64,000 bases of DNA, taken from the NCBI GenBank assembly GCA_012295275.1, contig CM022667.1:18352001-18416000 (forward strand). Reading direction: 5' to 3'. Below, piece by piece: positions 1 through 15,602 of the stretch. The notes under the pieces are model-generated. The model saw only the letters and a program-made list of their open reading frames with translations, was not told where the DNA came from and searched no databases. Position numbers and translations under genes: made by a program. Source of the DNA: Chrysomallon squamiferum (Eukaryota > Animalia > Mollusca). Within the stretch, counting starts at the first letter, position 1. Each line of letters opens with the position of its first letter.

Positions 1-27
1 AGACAAAAATAAAAACAAAAGGAATCA

Positions 28-63
<36 letters not shown>

Positions 64-3054
64 AATAAATAAAAAATAATAATTTTTATTTTTTTAAATT
101 ATCAGAAAATTACAATTTCAAAAAGTAAGGAAAACAAAATCTCCCAAGAAACAAAATAATAACAAAGATAAAAGAAAGATATTTTGGGAAAATCTGATAT
201 AAAAGATTAAAGCATATTTCTTATCTAAGTTCAATAAGTTCTAGGTTTTAATTATGAAGAAACAAAATTGAATCTTTCCATCTCATATTTTCTGTACCTG
301 AACAACCATGTTCCAACAGCTTCATTAAGGATGATACTATATTTAGAAAAATGTCTGGAGTATCGTGACAAAAATGATTATGAATAATTCACTTATTAAC
401 TGAAAGATTTTTTATCTCGACCATTAATTTAATTTTTAATAACAATTGTTCTTAATTCTAGAATGATAAACTTGTATCTGTATTCAATATTTATATATTT
501 ACACCATTTAAAGAAATAAAAAAAATCAGATATGATGGCTAGCACAGATGTTAAGAAGTTAAAGATATTTATACAAGTGCCGAAAATTTTCTTTTTTCAG
601 TACAAATTGAGTTACTCTCAGTAAATAAATGTGGCAATATTATTTTTAAAACAACACTCAAAAAGAAATATACTCAGTATGAATCAATCACCAAAACATC
701 GATATTAATAACAAATATTTCTATTTAGCTCAAGATGCCACTAAATGAAGGAATAAGATATAAAATTCTCCATAATGTAAACTTGTTTTCTCTAATTAAA
801 ACACTGATCATAAAAATTCCTTAATGTCAGCAAAGCACCCAAAGAATGTGATATTTCTACGGTTAATGGCCAAATATAGGCTATACATCATGGAGAGCAA
901 TACTAGATCTTTCTTCTTACACTGACTACTTCCCAGGTTATTACACATCGTTGGACATAGCATCTGGTCACTATATATTGATTGTCTCAATCTAACAGAG
1001 GTCACAGTCATAATGATGTCTAACAACTTCTCTGAAAAGGGTCACTTCTAGATTAGTCAAGGCCTGAGGACTTTGTGTTCATCAATCAGAAAAATAACTG
1101 CAATTTGATGAGCAAATTCCTATGTCAGGACGTTTGGTATTTGACTGTTTTGTTTTGTAATTAGGATTAATTCACTAGTGAAGAAAAATGTTTTAAAATA
1201 TATAAATGTTAAAAATATACAAATGTAAAAGTTTCAAATCAAACCGATAATTTGTGAAAAAATTAGATTAAGTAATAAATCTACAGATTGATTGGCTTGG
1301 TTACTGATAACAATTTTAAAAATAGAATCCATGATTTTAATGTAAATAATACTACTACTAATAATAATACAATAAATAAATAAATAAATTATATATACAT
1401 ATAGCGACAAACTAGAGAGATATATAGGAATAATAAATACAAATAATAATAATAAACAAAATAATAAATAACTAAATAAATAACATGGTGAGTTTATGTC
1501 ACTAGAACTCATCAGATTACATAAAAAGAAAATCACTAAAATGCATTCATTCATAAACATAATGAAATAGCCAACTGCCAAATTCTCAACATAAGAAAGA
1601 AAAGAACTGATGAAACCTATATCAATTTTATCAATACTGATATCCTATCTTTTATTGTGGTCATAAATATCACTATGGAAACAGAATTATCATTATTATT
1701 GTTGTTTTTGTTTTTTTATATTTATTGGTGTTTTTTATTGTCAAATACTGAAGAAAAATGTTCAGCATGAATTAATTAAATCACAGATATTATTTGCATA
1801 TTACACACAGAGACTTGCCCACATACTCATTTGCAACCCACACATACTCATAACCACCTGTATACATCCAAATACACACCCACTATCACAACATAATCTA
1901 TTACTTATTATTGCAGGGGTAAACCTAGTTTTAATTTACTAACACCAGCTCTGAGAGAAATGTATGAGTTACTTTCCTGATTTTAATTAGCAATGCTCTA
2001 GTTAGTTGTCAGGACTAGCATAAAAAAAATATTATGTTCTTCATCATCAAGAAATATCTTGTTTATGACCTCTCTTCCTACTTAAATTAACTGAATCTGC
2101 CTTCATAATGGAGTTTTGATGATTTACTGGCTACCTTGTGTCATAATTACTGAAGACTGTTTTTCAATGATCAGTCATTTATCTATTTTTTATTTATATT
2201 TTATGGAATTTTTTTCTTTTCACAGGATTACTGCTATTTTTTAAAATGATATTATTTATTATGTTCAACATATAAAAATTAAAAAATTTAATAAAAGTCA
2301 TAATGATCATTATTATCTTCTTAAAAAAAAAAATAATGTAATTAATTAATTAAAAACAATATGTTAATCAATAACTGCTTTTTTAAATATATATTTTTCT
2401 TTTTAATTCAAAACATCTCAAGTTAATTTAAATTTCAGTTTTACTGTTCTAGAGTATACTAATTCATTTCTACAGATCTACTATAATAATAATTTTCTTT
2501 CAAACACTTAATTCTAAAAGATTCAGCACTTTTAGTACCTGGTCTTAACTATATCAGATTGAAGTAAAACATATCATCTGAAAAAGTCATCTTTTGAGAA
2601 TAACAATATGAGTTAAAGAGTGATAAAACAAAGCTTCCAGTCACAATCTCTAAGCAACTCAATAAAACAAGACAAATGGTTTCCTAGAATAAAGTTAAAC
2701 AAAAATGTTTTCTGAAAGCATGATCAATCACACTGACAATTTACCAGTCATGAAAATAAATGGAAACATTATGAGGGCCTCAAAATATAGCCAGTTTTAA
2801 TTTTCTTTTTCTCAAACTCTTTAATATCAAAAAGCAATCAACAATAATTTGACTGAAAAAAAAAAGAAAAAAAAAAAAAAAAAAAAAGGTCTAGCTAGAG
2901 AAGAGAAAAATATAAAAAAAAACATTGATGGATGACTGGTGTAATAATAACTCCAAGACATAGTATCACTCAGTGTTCAAGCAAACATTATTAAAAACAT
3001 TATTTAAAAAAGAAAGAAAGAAAACTTTCATGACCTTTACTTATTTTTCTCATT

Positions 3055-3058
<4 letters not shown>

Positions 3059-3110
<52 letters not shown>

Positions 3111-3155
3111 AAAAAAAAAAAAAATTAAGTAAAATAAATAAAAAAAAAAAAAAAA
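3059..3155. repeat. Poly(A) tract
   Basis: About 50 consecutive A plus adjacent A runs. Confidence 0.95.
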
Positions 3156-4671
3156 GAAAGAAAGGACAATAATGATAATAAAAAATTAAGTAAATAAAAA
3201 TCCCTATTGCCCAGTATTAATTTTGTTCCTAGAACTTTATGCATAAAACTTGAACCTATAAAGATGTATGTATATATAAATATTAAAATTGTTTCATTTG
3301 GAAAAAAAAAAAAAAAAAAAACCTTTTGAAGATAAAAGTTATTTTATGTATCTTGTCAGTTTACAATGATTGAAGATACATTTTAATTCATCAAGAATAA
3401 AAGATAATGTCATTAACTAAAAAAACATTACCTATATATTGAATTAAAAAAATTAAAAATTAAAATTATATTAAATTAAATTAAATTAAATAAATAAATA
3501 AATTAATTAAAAATAATGAAAAACACCTCACAAAAATATAATTTAATAAATTGATTTTGTATTAATATTTCTTTTCATTCATAGCAAATACAGATGTTAT
3601 TTTTTCAACAGCAATAGTACAACAATTAAAACCATAATACTTGTAAAAATATGAACTTTCTATTTTTTTCTATAAATTAAAACAATAGTTGGCTAGCAGA
3701 ATTAAAAGAAAAGAAAAACCATTTGTGTTATACACAAAGAAAACAATACAAATCATGAAAAAACTTGTGAAAGAAAACAACAACAAAAAACTCTTATCTG
3801 ATGTTAACAGAAAGCTTTTACAAGAAAAGAGCTGACGAAGCAGAACTCAGATACAACTTCAGTTCAATGATGTCACTATCTCTCTGTGAATGTGACTAAT
3901 TTATAAAATATTTATTAATGGATGTGCAAATCTTAATACATCAAAAGCAAGAAATATTAAATTTGTTTCAGGCTATTTCTTATAATTTTATTTCATCTTC
4001 TTTTAAAAATGTGTTTTGTTTTATTATCCAATATACACATATAAAAAAATATAGTTTTCAGGGTAGTGACAACACCTCTCATATATTTCTGACAGATCTG
4101 TTATTGCTATTTTTAATATATAAATATGAATACAACTCTGGGTATACATACAATTTATTTGCTAACACCAGATGGCAGCAAAAAAAATAAAAAAATATAT
4201 ATATATATAATAATAATAAGACCACGAAGAAAAGGTTAAAAAAATAAAAAAATAAAATAAAAAAGTTATATTATGAATATTAGTATTTTCTCTCTCAGAA
4301 GTAATTTTATTTCTTTATAAAAGTACATATTTAAAATTAAAATGTGCAAACAAAAATATTATTAGGCACAAACATAAAAAAAAAAAATAATAATAAACTA
4401 AAGAAAATGATAATGATGATAATGAATAAATAAGATAACAAGCATATAGCTTAACAAATGTTAATAATTTCCCTTGCAATGTTAATGCTACAAGTAATGC
4501 AGCTATGTGTGACAGTACATATACTGATACTGGACACATTACACACACACAGAAAAATATGGACATAAAATTCAAGAAATAACACGGCCAACTCACTCCA
4601 CAGAAAATGTGATTAAATTGACATCCAGGTAAAAATGAACAATTAGATAATTACTTAATTAACTAACTCAC

Positions 4672-4950
4672 CAGGTCCATAATGAATTAATTCCTAACAT
4701 CAAAGAGTATTTTGTAAGGGGCCAACAGAGGTCAATGTCCACACAGGTTTAACTGGATAGAACAAGTAACACCTGATGACCCATATGTGAGGTAAATCCA
4801 GCCAGCCCTGTTTGCACTCCCTTCTCTTCCAATTTCTCCTCTTTCACCAAGTGACAAGTCAGCCTGCACTGACAGGTGGTACTCTCACAAAAACAAGGGA
4901 GGCCCTAACTGGGTAACTATTTTACATATTACTGTAACAGATAGGATCAC
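4672..4950 (-). other. Candidate downstream alternative first exon ending ATG GAC CTG (MDL)
   Basis: Higher-GC island ending in CTG|GTGAGT in phase 0; the ATG at 4680 has an in-frame stop upstream. Confidence 0.35.
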
Positions 4951-5203
4951 TGTCTTACTGTACCGATATATAGTTTCAGAGTTTAATTTTTGATTTATGT
5001 ATAATTAAAAAACTAATAATAACAAAGTCATGTTATTGTTGTTATTATTATTATCTGCTTGAAGTAAAACAGGTTTATATTTGTGTCTATAGTTACACAA
5101 TTTAATGTAAGTATATATAGTAACTATTTACTCTTTTGTAAGTAACATACTATAATAAAAACAAGAGAGAATAAAAGTGAATAAAACAGGTAAAAGGTTA
5201 ATT

Positions 5204-5244
<41 letters not shown>

Positions 5245-8200
5245 CCAAAATATCTATCTCTATATGCTTAAATTTCACATCTTTAAATTGTTATGTTTAT
5301 AAGTATTATTTTAAAAGGTTGTAGAGGTTTGTCAATTTCATGTAAACAAGTAAACCATGGCCACAATTTGAAATACTAAAATGTATTCTCTCTCTCTCTC
5401 TCTCTCTCTCTCAGTATTTTAGGTTCCTGCCTTTCTATATGTGATAAAGCTGACATCTGAAGACAGTCACAAGTTATTATTTAAACACACACACACAAAC
5501 ACACACAGCCATATTACATTATCTAAATACGTCAGATGTAGCAGATATAACCAATGCATGTAAGATATAAAATCCGTTATTAAAAATAATAAATTTCAGA
5601 ACCTTGTCACACACAGATCATAAACATATATCAGTCACAGACATAAAGGCTGTAATTATGCAGAAAATTAAAAGTAACTGCATACATCAGCAAGTTGCTG
5701 TGAAAGTCAACAGAACTGGTTTAGCTGTGTTATTTTTTATCACCTGCCTTTCGACAGATGTCCACACTCATTCAAATGCATATGACTTTCACTGCAGTCT
5801 GCATTGTCTGACATTCCCTGCTTATTGCACAAGGTAAAAGTTAATGTACACAAAGACTTTTTAAAGCCACAGTGAATACCTAGTCAGCTGTGATAGTTGG
5901 GGATCTGCTGTTATATGAAAAAAAAAAAAAAAACATGCCCAAGTTTATGGATATGAAGATACTATAACTGGTGATTAAAATGTCTTAAATTTTATTATTA
6001 TATTTTATGTTATTGTAACAGAAAACATATGTTTTACATAAGGTTCTTAAGTTGTTAAAATAATTATTTAACAGATAGAAATATAAAATATGAAAAAGTA
6101 TAGTTTACATATTAAAAGCAAGAAGATAAATCAAACACATAGTATTATTTAAATAACTGCTGTAATTAAAAAACGATGTAAATGTATAGCACACACAGTG
6201 ACACACAATCACAAAATCAAATAATTTTTGAATCATGCAAAACATAGTAACTTTAAATATTAAAAGTGTGGAATGTTTATTGGAAATATACAATATTATG
6301 AGCTACAAGTGCTGACTATTAAGAAAAGTCTGTTACAAGTATTTCAGAGTTTTATTACTACCTTGCGGAAGTGCTATTTACCAAGAGGAATTTATTACAA
6401 GTCTTTCAGAATTATGTCTTTATCGATCTGAATTAACAAAATGAATATTTATTTAGTGTAATATTCATTCTTTAATCAATAGTTATCAGGTTTCGACTAT
6501 TACAACTGAGAACAAAATCAATTGCAATTTACTACTTGTATTTATATACCAACAGAAAACAAGATTTTTTTCTTATTATTTTTTAAAGGATTCTTTGTTT
6601 TTTTCTTTTTATTTATTTATTTATTTATTGGATAAATTGCTTAAAACAAGACCAAATTTATTCAGTGAACTGATATTTGATTTTCTTATTAAAATGTTAA
6701 TCATGAAGATATAAAAGATAAGCTAACACATGCTACATTTAGATGTATCTGTTCCTTAGACAACCTATAAACAGGAAAGAAATATATAACAGTTTTTAAC
6801 AACTGGATATAGGGCACTGGTTAGGACAGGAAAAGTGGAATAGGATCAGTCTATTTTGTGATCTGTCAGTGATAGTACAATGCTCTAACCAAGCTCCAGT
6901 TTATTCCATAGTCAGTATTAGAGAGTTATATGTGCAAAAGTAAATACCAATTAAACCAAACTAAACACTATACAGAAAATATAATCAATATAAATAGATT
7001 TTGTAGGTGGGTTTTTTCTTCAGATGAATAATAAATAATAATTTTTATAGATTTTTGAATCTTATAAATGAAGGGAGTAAATACAGATATCTTTATAGTT
7101 AATTCAAAACAAAACTCCAATTACAAAAATTATTTCTAGCCATTCATGAGTTTGAAAGATAATACTAAACTTTGTAAAAGTTTGTAAACACTGAAATAAT
7201 TTGAACTAAAAATCAAATGAAATTGAAAATATATATATAACCCTCCAAAAATATATATAACCCCCCCAAAAAAAGAAACAGAAAAAAGGAGGAAAAGAAA
7301 TAATAATAATCATCATCATCTTTAAAAGTCCTATTTATGTTAAATTTTTCTGTATCATGAAAAAAAAAGAAGAAAATAGTTTGATTATTAAAAACTTATT
7401 TTAGTTTTTATATTGCCTTCTCTCTCTAGTAGGAAAAAAAATGTAATGTTAATAAACCAAGTGAAATTAAAACAAATTATACAACTTATTCCCGTTATTT
7501 CAACACTTCTTTATTATTATTATTATTATTAGTAGTAGTAGTAGTAGTAGTAGTAGTAATATCTATAAAACTATTAAATAATAATTAATAAATAAAATTT
7601 ATTAAAGAAATAAAGAAAAACTAACAACGATTATATTTCGGATTTACATTATGAATTATTTTCAAACAGAATACTAAATTAGTTTAGGAGAAAAAATAAC
7701 ATTTAGGAACAACACATTTTTATTGGTAATTCAATCCAAAACCTTTCAGTTGTTAGAAAGATTTAATTTATAATGTGTTCAATAATATATTATTATTTAC
7801 ACTGCAATTACTAGTATCTGTATGCATTGTTAATAAAATAACCACATTTGTAGCCAATTTTAATCTGCACATTGAGTAATGGGAATGAGCAATATTTTCC
7901 CATTTGCCACCTGTCAGATGGTGCCTCAAATGAATTCTCTCCCCTTTTGTGCTTCTTTAATTATTAATTATGCAGACAATAGGCACATGTTAGCATTTAA
8001 ACTGAATAAAGAGCACGTATTGATTATTTTCAAAGTAGTCTTGAAATAAAGTGCTCAGTAATCGTTTGTTATTATAGAAAATATTTTTACAAAATCTTGA
8101 TAACTACTGCTGAAAAGAAATGAAAATTGAAAAATGGCTTGAAATTGCATGTATCTAGATGACTGTTTGTCAAAGTTGCCTGCTGTGACAGCTAAAAACT

Positions 8201-8907
8201 TGCAGATGTATACTGGATGTGATGCAATCAGTTTTATCATTGAAAGCTGATAGTTTCTTTTCAGAAGCTGCATCAACCATATGTTGTTATCTGTATACAT
8301 TTGTCAGTTGCATTTTTAATATTTAATTTTTTTTAATAAAAATTAAAATTCAGCATTAGTTATATACTTTCTTTTTTAACTTGTTTAAAATTAAAAATGA
8401 GCCGTATTATATATATATATAATGATTTATTCTTAATTTTAAACAAGCTAAAGATTCTTTTTATAAAAACAAAAATTAATTTTTTAATTTTATATTTATT
8501 ATTACTTTTTTAAAGAAAAAAAAAGAAAGAATAACTACTGCAATAACATTATGGCATAGTTATATTTAAAAAGGATTCTTTCCTATTTTTAACCAAATCA
8601 AAATAGCAAACAAATTTAAAATAATTAAAATTAAAATAAAAATATTAAGAAAATTTATCATTTAAATTACTGATTTAAATTCTGCAAAATTAAAAGAATG
8701 AAATCTATGCAAAAAGAAAAACAGTTTGAATAAAATAAAAAATCTGTTGAGAAAATAAAAAAATAATCAAACAAATAACTAACTGATGACTTATTCTTTC
8801 ATTCTATATTCTGAAAATTAAAAGTAGAAAATCTATATATAAAAAAAAAAAATTAAAAAAACAAGCTTAAATTTACTGTATTTCTTGAATGATTCCTAAG
8901 TTAGTCA

Positions 8908-8909
<2 letters not shown>

Positions 8910-8962
<53 letters not shown>
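8910..8962. repeat. (AAT)n microsatellite
   Basis: Read directly; similar tracts near 18370, 29570, 30370 and 59570. Confidence 0.95.
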
Positions 8963-8968
<6 letters not shown>

Positions 8969-9749
8969 TAAAAACAAAAATAAATAAATAAATAAATACA
9001 TTTTTAAAAATATATTTGTGTTAAAACAGCTAAATTTTAAGTTTAAATTTTAATGAGATTTTGGATTGTTTTTTTTTGTTTGGATTACTGTCCGTAAATT
9101 GTATTCTTATAAAATTGGCATTAGAATACAACAGTCAGTATGATTTTACATGACTTTTTATCACTTTGGAATAAAATCTTTCAAGTAATTAACATATATT
9201 ATAAAATTACACATTTTATTTATGTAAATGTCCTGAAACCATGTGCCAGTGAGTAAGTGGGGCACACTCTATTCAGATTGAAGGCATATGGCTATACTTT
9301 GGTTTTCCCCAATATCATACTAGAAGATTATTCCCAGTACCTTGAATACAACAGTAATAATTAACAACAACAGCCTAAATACACACGGTAAAGTTTCCTA
9401 TGGTATGTATTTCAGGATAGTTTTTCTTATCTTGAATATAAGATTACTCTCAGCCAATAAATAAATAAATAAATAAAATTTGGTTAGACCAGGTAATACT
9501 CTCATTAGAACAGTTCTCATGTTTATTCTTATGGTAATAAAATACATCACATTTCAGTAGAACTCTGTCCTGCCTATTTTAATAAACAAAAGCAATGCAC
9601 TGGTTTTAGTATTTTTTAGAAATGTTTTTCATTCTTATTTTATTTTTTATAGCATCCCTGATTGTGAAGAAATTGTGTGTATGTGTCTTTACAAGTGTAT
9701 GTGTGAATTTTCAAAACAGAACCTTCCAGAAAAGTATCTAAATACTCAC

Positions 9750-9821
9750 ATCATTGTTTGATGCAAAGTTGTCCCTTCCTGTCTGTCCAGCTGACATATC
9801 AAAGATGTTGTTACTGTAATT
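9750..9821 (-). CDS. Internal exon of an unidentified large minus-strand gene (NYSNNIFDMSAGQTGRDNFASNND)
   Basis: Strong acceptor tttttctattcttacag and donor GAT|GTGAGT; 72 nt, phase 0-0, open, with an in-frame ATG at 9797. The A-rich plus strand over 1-35 kb is consistent with minus-strand transcription. Confidence 0.7.
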
Positions 9822-10095
9822 CTGTAAGAATAGAAAAATTACAAAATTAAGTAGCTGTTGTTATTGTTTTCCCTTATACTAATTTTCCATTATTTGACAG
9901 TAACAATGTTATGGTAATTCTGCAAGATAGAATAGTTACAAAATTAAGTAGCTGATGTTTTTGGTGTTTTTTTCCCCCTCTGCTAATATACCAGTATTTA
10001 CTGATAACATTGTTATTGTAATTCTGCAATGTAGAAATGTTACAAAATTAATTAGCTTTCATTTATTTTTCTTCATCAAATTTATCAGTATTTAT
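9806..10095. repeat. About 100-bp degenerate triplication spanning a 3' splice site
   Basis: GTAATTCTG(T/C)AA...TTACAAAATTAA(G/T)TAGCT recurs, with its CTG at 9822, 9920 and 10024. Confidence 0.85.
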
Positions 10096-10172
10096 CACTA
10101 GCATTTGATTTTAACTTATGAAAGTATTTATTTGGACTAATAAAGCAACATTACTGCATACCTAATACATAT

Positions 10173-10322
10173 TAATAATAATAATAAAAATAATGATGAT
10201 GATGATGAATATGATGATAATTTAATAATAATAATAATAATAAGAAGAAGAAGAAGAAGAAGAAGAAGAAAGAAAAAAGAATTAATAAAAGAAGAAGAAG
10301 AAGAAGAAGAAGAAGAAGAAAG
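10173..10322. repeat. Compound (AAT)n/(GAT)n/(AAG)n microsatellite
   Basis: Read directly. Confidence 0.9.
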
Positions 10323-11391
10323 AAAAACTAATTAATTAATTAACATTTATCATCAGTATTTATTGGATGAACAAGCAATTATTATGTGAAAGAGGAATTT
10401 ACATTCACAATTTCATGTTAACTAAGCAGCAATAGATATTTTTAACAACCCTCACCTCTCCCAACCACAGATTTTTATAAAGGTTGCTGGCATTTTATTT
10501 ATTAATTTTATTTATATCTGAAAACTGTGATATTAGATGTACAAACAAAAACCATATTTCTCGTTTATTAATTTGTTTTCTTATAATAAGGAAACATTAA
10601 TATAATATAAATTAACAAAAAAAAAGGACTAAATACAAACAAAAATTGAGTTCTAAATTTGTTTTATTAAGGCATTGGAAAAAGAAATCTAAATAAAATG
10701 AATGTTTTTTTTTCCTAAGAAAACAATAAATCATTTAAATTTAATTTAGGGGATTTTTTAATTTTGTTATTATTATTCTTTTTTATTTTAATTTTTTAAT
10801 TTTTTTCAAAATCTCGCATAATGAAAATTGGAGTAAAGTTAATTTATCATCAAATTAATAAATGGAAATTTTTGTATTGATTTTTTTTTCCTTCACTTTT
10901 TCTTTTATCTGTTCTTCTAAAAAAGAACCAACAAAAAGTACAAGAAGCCTTGCTAAACAGATGGCACATAAAACAGGCGATGAACTAGACTGAGGGTTTC
11001 ACAAGCTAATCATGACAAAATGACCCCTTGGGTCCTTCATCAAAGTGATTACACTGTCAAATGACTGGTAATTTCTCTATTAGGCAATTGTCTGCATTCT
11101 GAATGCAAACCAAGATTGGCCAATTCTGATAAAATATGGTCAATAAACCTGCTTGTCACATTTCTGTTTACTGAAACACAGAACACACACACAAACATAC
11201 ATACATACATACTGTGTCATAATTATTAAAAATTAAAACAGAATTCTTTACAAAAGTCCATTATATATGTACATCTGTATATTTATCTACTATCAGTGGT
11301 TTAATTTCTGTATCATTATCACTTATATTTATATGTAAATAAGGCAATTATATTTACTCTTTTGTGTGTTAATGAATGATGGCATTAACAC

Positions 11392-11673
11392 AATCTGTAA
11401 ATTTAATTTCCACTGTACAACTTCTACTTGTATGTCACCTCATACATGCATTACCAATATATGAATAAAATCTGTAAATGTAATTTCCACTGTACAACTT
11501 CTACTTGTATGTCACCTCATACATGCATTACCAATATATGAATAAAATCTGTAAATGTAATTTCCACTGTACAACTTCTACTTGTATGTCACCTCATACA
11601 TATCATTAGCAATATATGAATAAAATCTATAAATGTAATTTCCACTGTACAACTTCTACTTGGATGTCACCTC
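11392..11673. repeat. 77-bp tandem repeat, about 3.6 near-identical copies
   Basis: Unit starts AATCTGTAAAT at 11392, 11469, 11546 and 11624. Confidence 0.95.
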
Positions 11674-14600
11674 TCTGTTATTTTATGATGGTTTTCTTAA
11701 GCAAAAAAATGCTGTTCACTCACCATCTAACAGAAAGGGATCTTTTATAAAATTGTTAACAATTTTTTTCTCACCATAAATAAAATATACAAGGATGAAA
11801 TGAATAGAGCACACTATGAATTTGAAGATCAATCTGTTCTTTTATAAATAACAAGTTTTTTCTTACCATGAATAAAATTTGCTTAGGATAAGTATGAACT
11901 ATGAATTTGAAAATCAATTTAATATTATATATATTTTTTTCTTTGTATTAAGTCATAAAGTGTCAGGCCCAAAGGAAGTGCACACTGATATACAAGGATA
12001 TTGAAGAAAATTAAACTACTCTGTCTACTCTCTTCTCACTTTATTGATTTGTTTTCAACACAGAAAAGGTTTCTCAGATAGAGGTGATGTCAGAATTGAT
12101 GATAGTGTCAAAATGCTCTTAAATTAAATCAAATGAAAAATACCAGGATCAAAAGAAAAGTCTGTACTGAAAATTATATTAATAATAAAATAAAAATGTG
12201 AAACAAAATATTAAAATAATAATAATAATGGTAATGGTAATAAAATTAATATTAAAAATCAAACAAATCCAAAAATACAAGAGAAACAAAAGAAAAAACA
12301 AAAATAAGAATTATTTTATTAGAAAATAAAATATTTTCACCAAGTTTTTCTGTTGGTATATATTAAAATTTATATATAAAAAAAACTAACATTTTCATTA
12401 TAACTTTAAAACAGCTGATAACAAAATAAAAGGATGATATGATCAGAATTAACATAAAACAGTCAAATGAATTCCTATGTGATATTTGAAGAAAACAATA
12501 ATCAAAAATCAAAAATCTGTCCATGATGGAGTTTATAATATTAATTCTTTCAATCATCTAAAGTTAATAAATACCAGACATTTTTTTGTGAGAAATCAAG
12601 CTGAATATTTCATAATTTATCTAAAGTTTTGAAAAGTGCCAGCCTGATTGATCATGTTATTATTGTAAGACAATTAATTACATTATCCAAGTGACACTCT
12701 GACATATCTGATTGTCAGTTTAGTTATTGATCTCACAATGATTTGATCACTAACCCAACACTAACCCAACTTCTTTGCAAACATTCACTCATTGCCTTTC
12801 TTGATTATTTTCATAAAGGATGACATTTAGGCATTTCCTAGGAAATTCAAAGAAAATGTTTTACGTTATTAAAAATTTTAAATGAAAATAAAATGAAGAG
12901 AGACAAAAAAATAAAAATAAATAATTTCAGTCGTCATTGTAAATGAAGCTGAAATACAATTAGCAGCATTAAGTTTGACAGTTAATCAATGCTATTTTTT
13001 AGTAGTAAATCTTTTTCTACAGCTGAATTATTTTCTGCAACAGTTCTGTAAATACAAGCCCACAAATAATTATAGTTAGTTTAATTAAAACTGTCGTGTA
13101 AATCAGTTACACCTGGAGTATAGTAAAAAATACATATGTACATACATACATACATATATATATATATAAATAACAGAAAAAATTAAAACAAAGAATGAAT
13201 AAACAAACAACAAAAAACAAAACTAAATAAACAAACAAAAATAAAACAAAACAATTTGATTTGTTGTATAAAACAAGAATACAACCTAGCTGTATAAATA
13301 AAATATATAATTATTCAGTGCCACATGCAAATCAAATAAATATATCAAATAAATAATAAACTAACTGCTTAAAGACATTTTATATACTTCAAAATTATTA
13401 TTATTGTTTTATCAAACCTTATTTTTAATTAATTTAACAACTGGTGGTAAAAATGATGGATGAAAAAGCCTATTAAATTTCACTAATGGAAAATATTGAA
13501 GATTTGAGAAAAGAAAAGTTCATATTTCAATAACAGATAAATTTACATTTCAAACTAATTACTCTTTATAATTTGTTTTAATTTTTGCATTTTGCATCAT
13601 AAAGTATGTTCTTGAGAACTGGATACTTTTAAGACACATTATCTCCATAAAATGGCTACAGAAAATTCCATTGAGAAATTGTGCTTATAAATATAATGAA
13701 AGATTTTAATCTTTGATACTTATTTATCATTTCTTTACTACCTTTTAAGATTACTTTCAAACATCAGCATTTAATATATTGGATGCATAAACAGAATTAA
13801 AAAAGATAGTAATAATATTTTTTGTTATTAATAAATAAATAAATAAATAAAATGGAAGTCACATAAATGTGAGTGGAAAGGGTAATGAAAATATCTTATG
13901 ACTGACTTGTTTCAAGAAAACTTCTCTTGTTACAAATCATTTTAAGTACCTACTGAAGAAATTATTGGTTAAGTGTGGCACAAGCCAATATCATAAAACT
14001 AACATCAATTCTGGGTTCTCTTACAGAAATGTCCAGTGAAACACCACCAGTGGTAATAATAACACACTGATTAAATGGACCAATGCATCAATTATGAGCA
14101 TTATGCAAAACAAAGACTATTACTGTCTTCTGTCCCAGTTAGATGACTCCTGGACCTGTTTGTTTATAACAGTAATAGCAGTGGTGTCTAGTTGTTTGTT
14201 TACCTTCTCAGAAATACACCCAGAAAGGTTTCATGCTGACTGTTTTTTCAGTTTCTCTCTCATCCAACCCCCATATATGCACAGCCACATTACTATAAAA
14301 TTAATTTGTAAATTTAAAACATTAATGATATATATAATTTTTATGCTAAATCTAAATTTATCTACTTACCAAAATATCAATTTTAAAATATCAAAAACAT
14401 AAAAGTAACTGAAAAGCAGGATTTTTTTTATTCATAACACAGAAAAAAAAGAAAAAAGAAAACTAAACCAAAACAACATAAAAAAACAAACAATAACAAT
14501 AATAAAATCCTAAAAACAACTGACTAAATATTCTGTTTCATTAGATAACTTAATCAGAATGCAATTCATGAAATAAAACTATAATTTCAAATTCAAAAAA

Positions 14601-15602
14601 CCTAATCTTACTTTTATCACTTTGTATTCAATATTGAAAGGACTTCCCAATAATATAACTATATTGCACTATAATTACATGCCATAAATTTATTTTGTGA
14701 ATAATTCATTTGAAAATGGTATAATTTATTGCCATTACAAGAAAAGTTCAGGAAATCAATAAAATGTTAATAGAAACACTGTAATACTCAAGCCAGCTAT
14801 GTTTTATTCAACATTTCCAAAGACTTAATTAACTGTTAATGTTTCTATAAAATTGCACAACTGAAAAAAAAGAAGGCAAATCACATTTATTTATTAAACA
14901 TTTGTTTTTTGTTGTTTATTATGGTTTTTATATCTCTTTAAGAAAGTGAAGAAAACTTATAAAATCTATCATCTTTAAAGACTATATTTAATATTAATAT
15001 TATGTCATGCAGAATATCACATTCAGCCTAGCCATTCTTCCTCCCTTCCCTCCACAGATTAGGAAAGATTATACATTTTCTCGACAAAAAGCAATAATTT
15101 AGTTAATTAGATTATGTCAACAGTAATTAATTTCCATAACAACATTACAGAACATATTTAACATTAGTGTTAGCCATAATAAAACTATCCTTTCCTAGTA
15201 AATAATTACAACATTTATTTTCCTCAGGCCATAATTTGCAGCATATGAGGAGGAACTGTAAAATAAAACAATCCACGCATTTTATGTCTTATGAAGGTAT
15301 TTACAATTTCCTTGTTGCAATATATATTTTTATTTAAATCAAAAGTCCCAAATTTACTGAACTGTTAACAAGCTATTCAGATAGGTATGCTAAAAAATAT
15401 AAACCAAATACGAGAATATGATTATAAATATCTGTATAGTATTGCAGTAATAATAAAATAAAACCTATGTAAGGCAATAAAATACTATATTTTGACTAAT
15501 GTTTTTGATAAAAATGATCAACTTCTATTACTTGATTACAGTGTTCAGTTGTAAATAAACATGCAAAACATTGTTTTATCACTGAAACTTGAATTTCATA
15601 AT

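Noticed and set aside
9750-9821. Assigning a gene name to the minus-strand gene
   Set aside because: The visible peptides are short and contain no domain I recognise.
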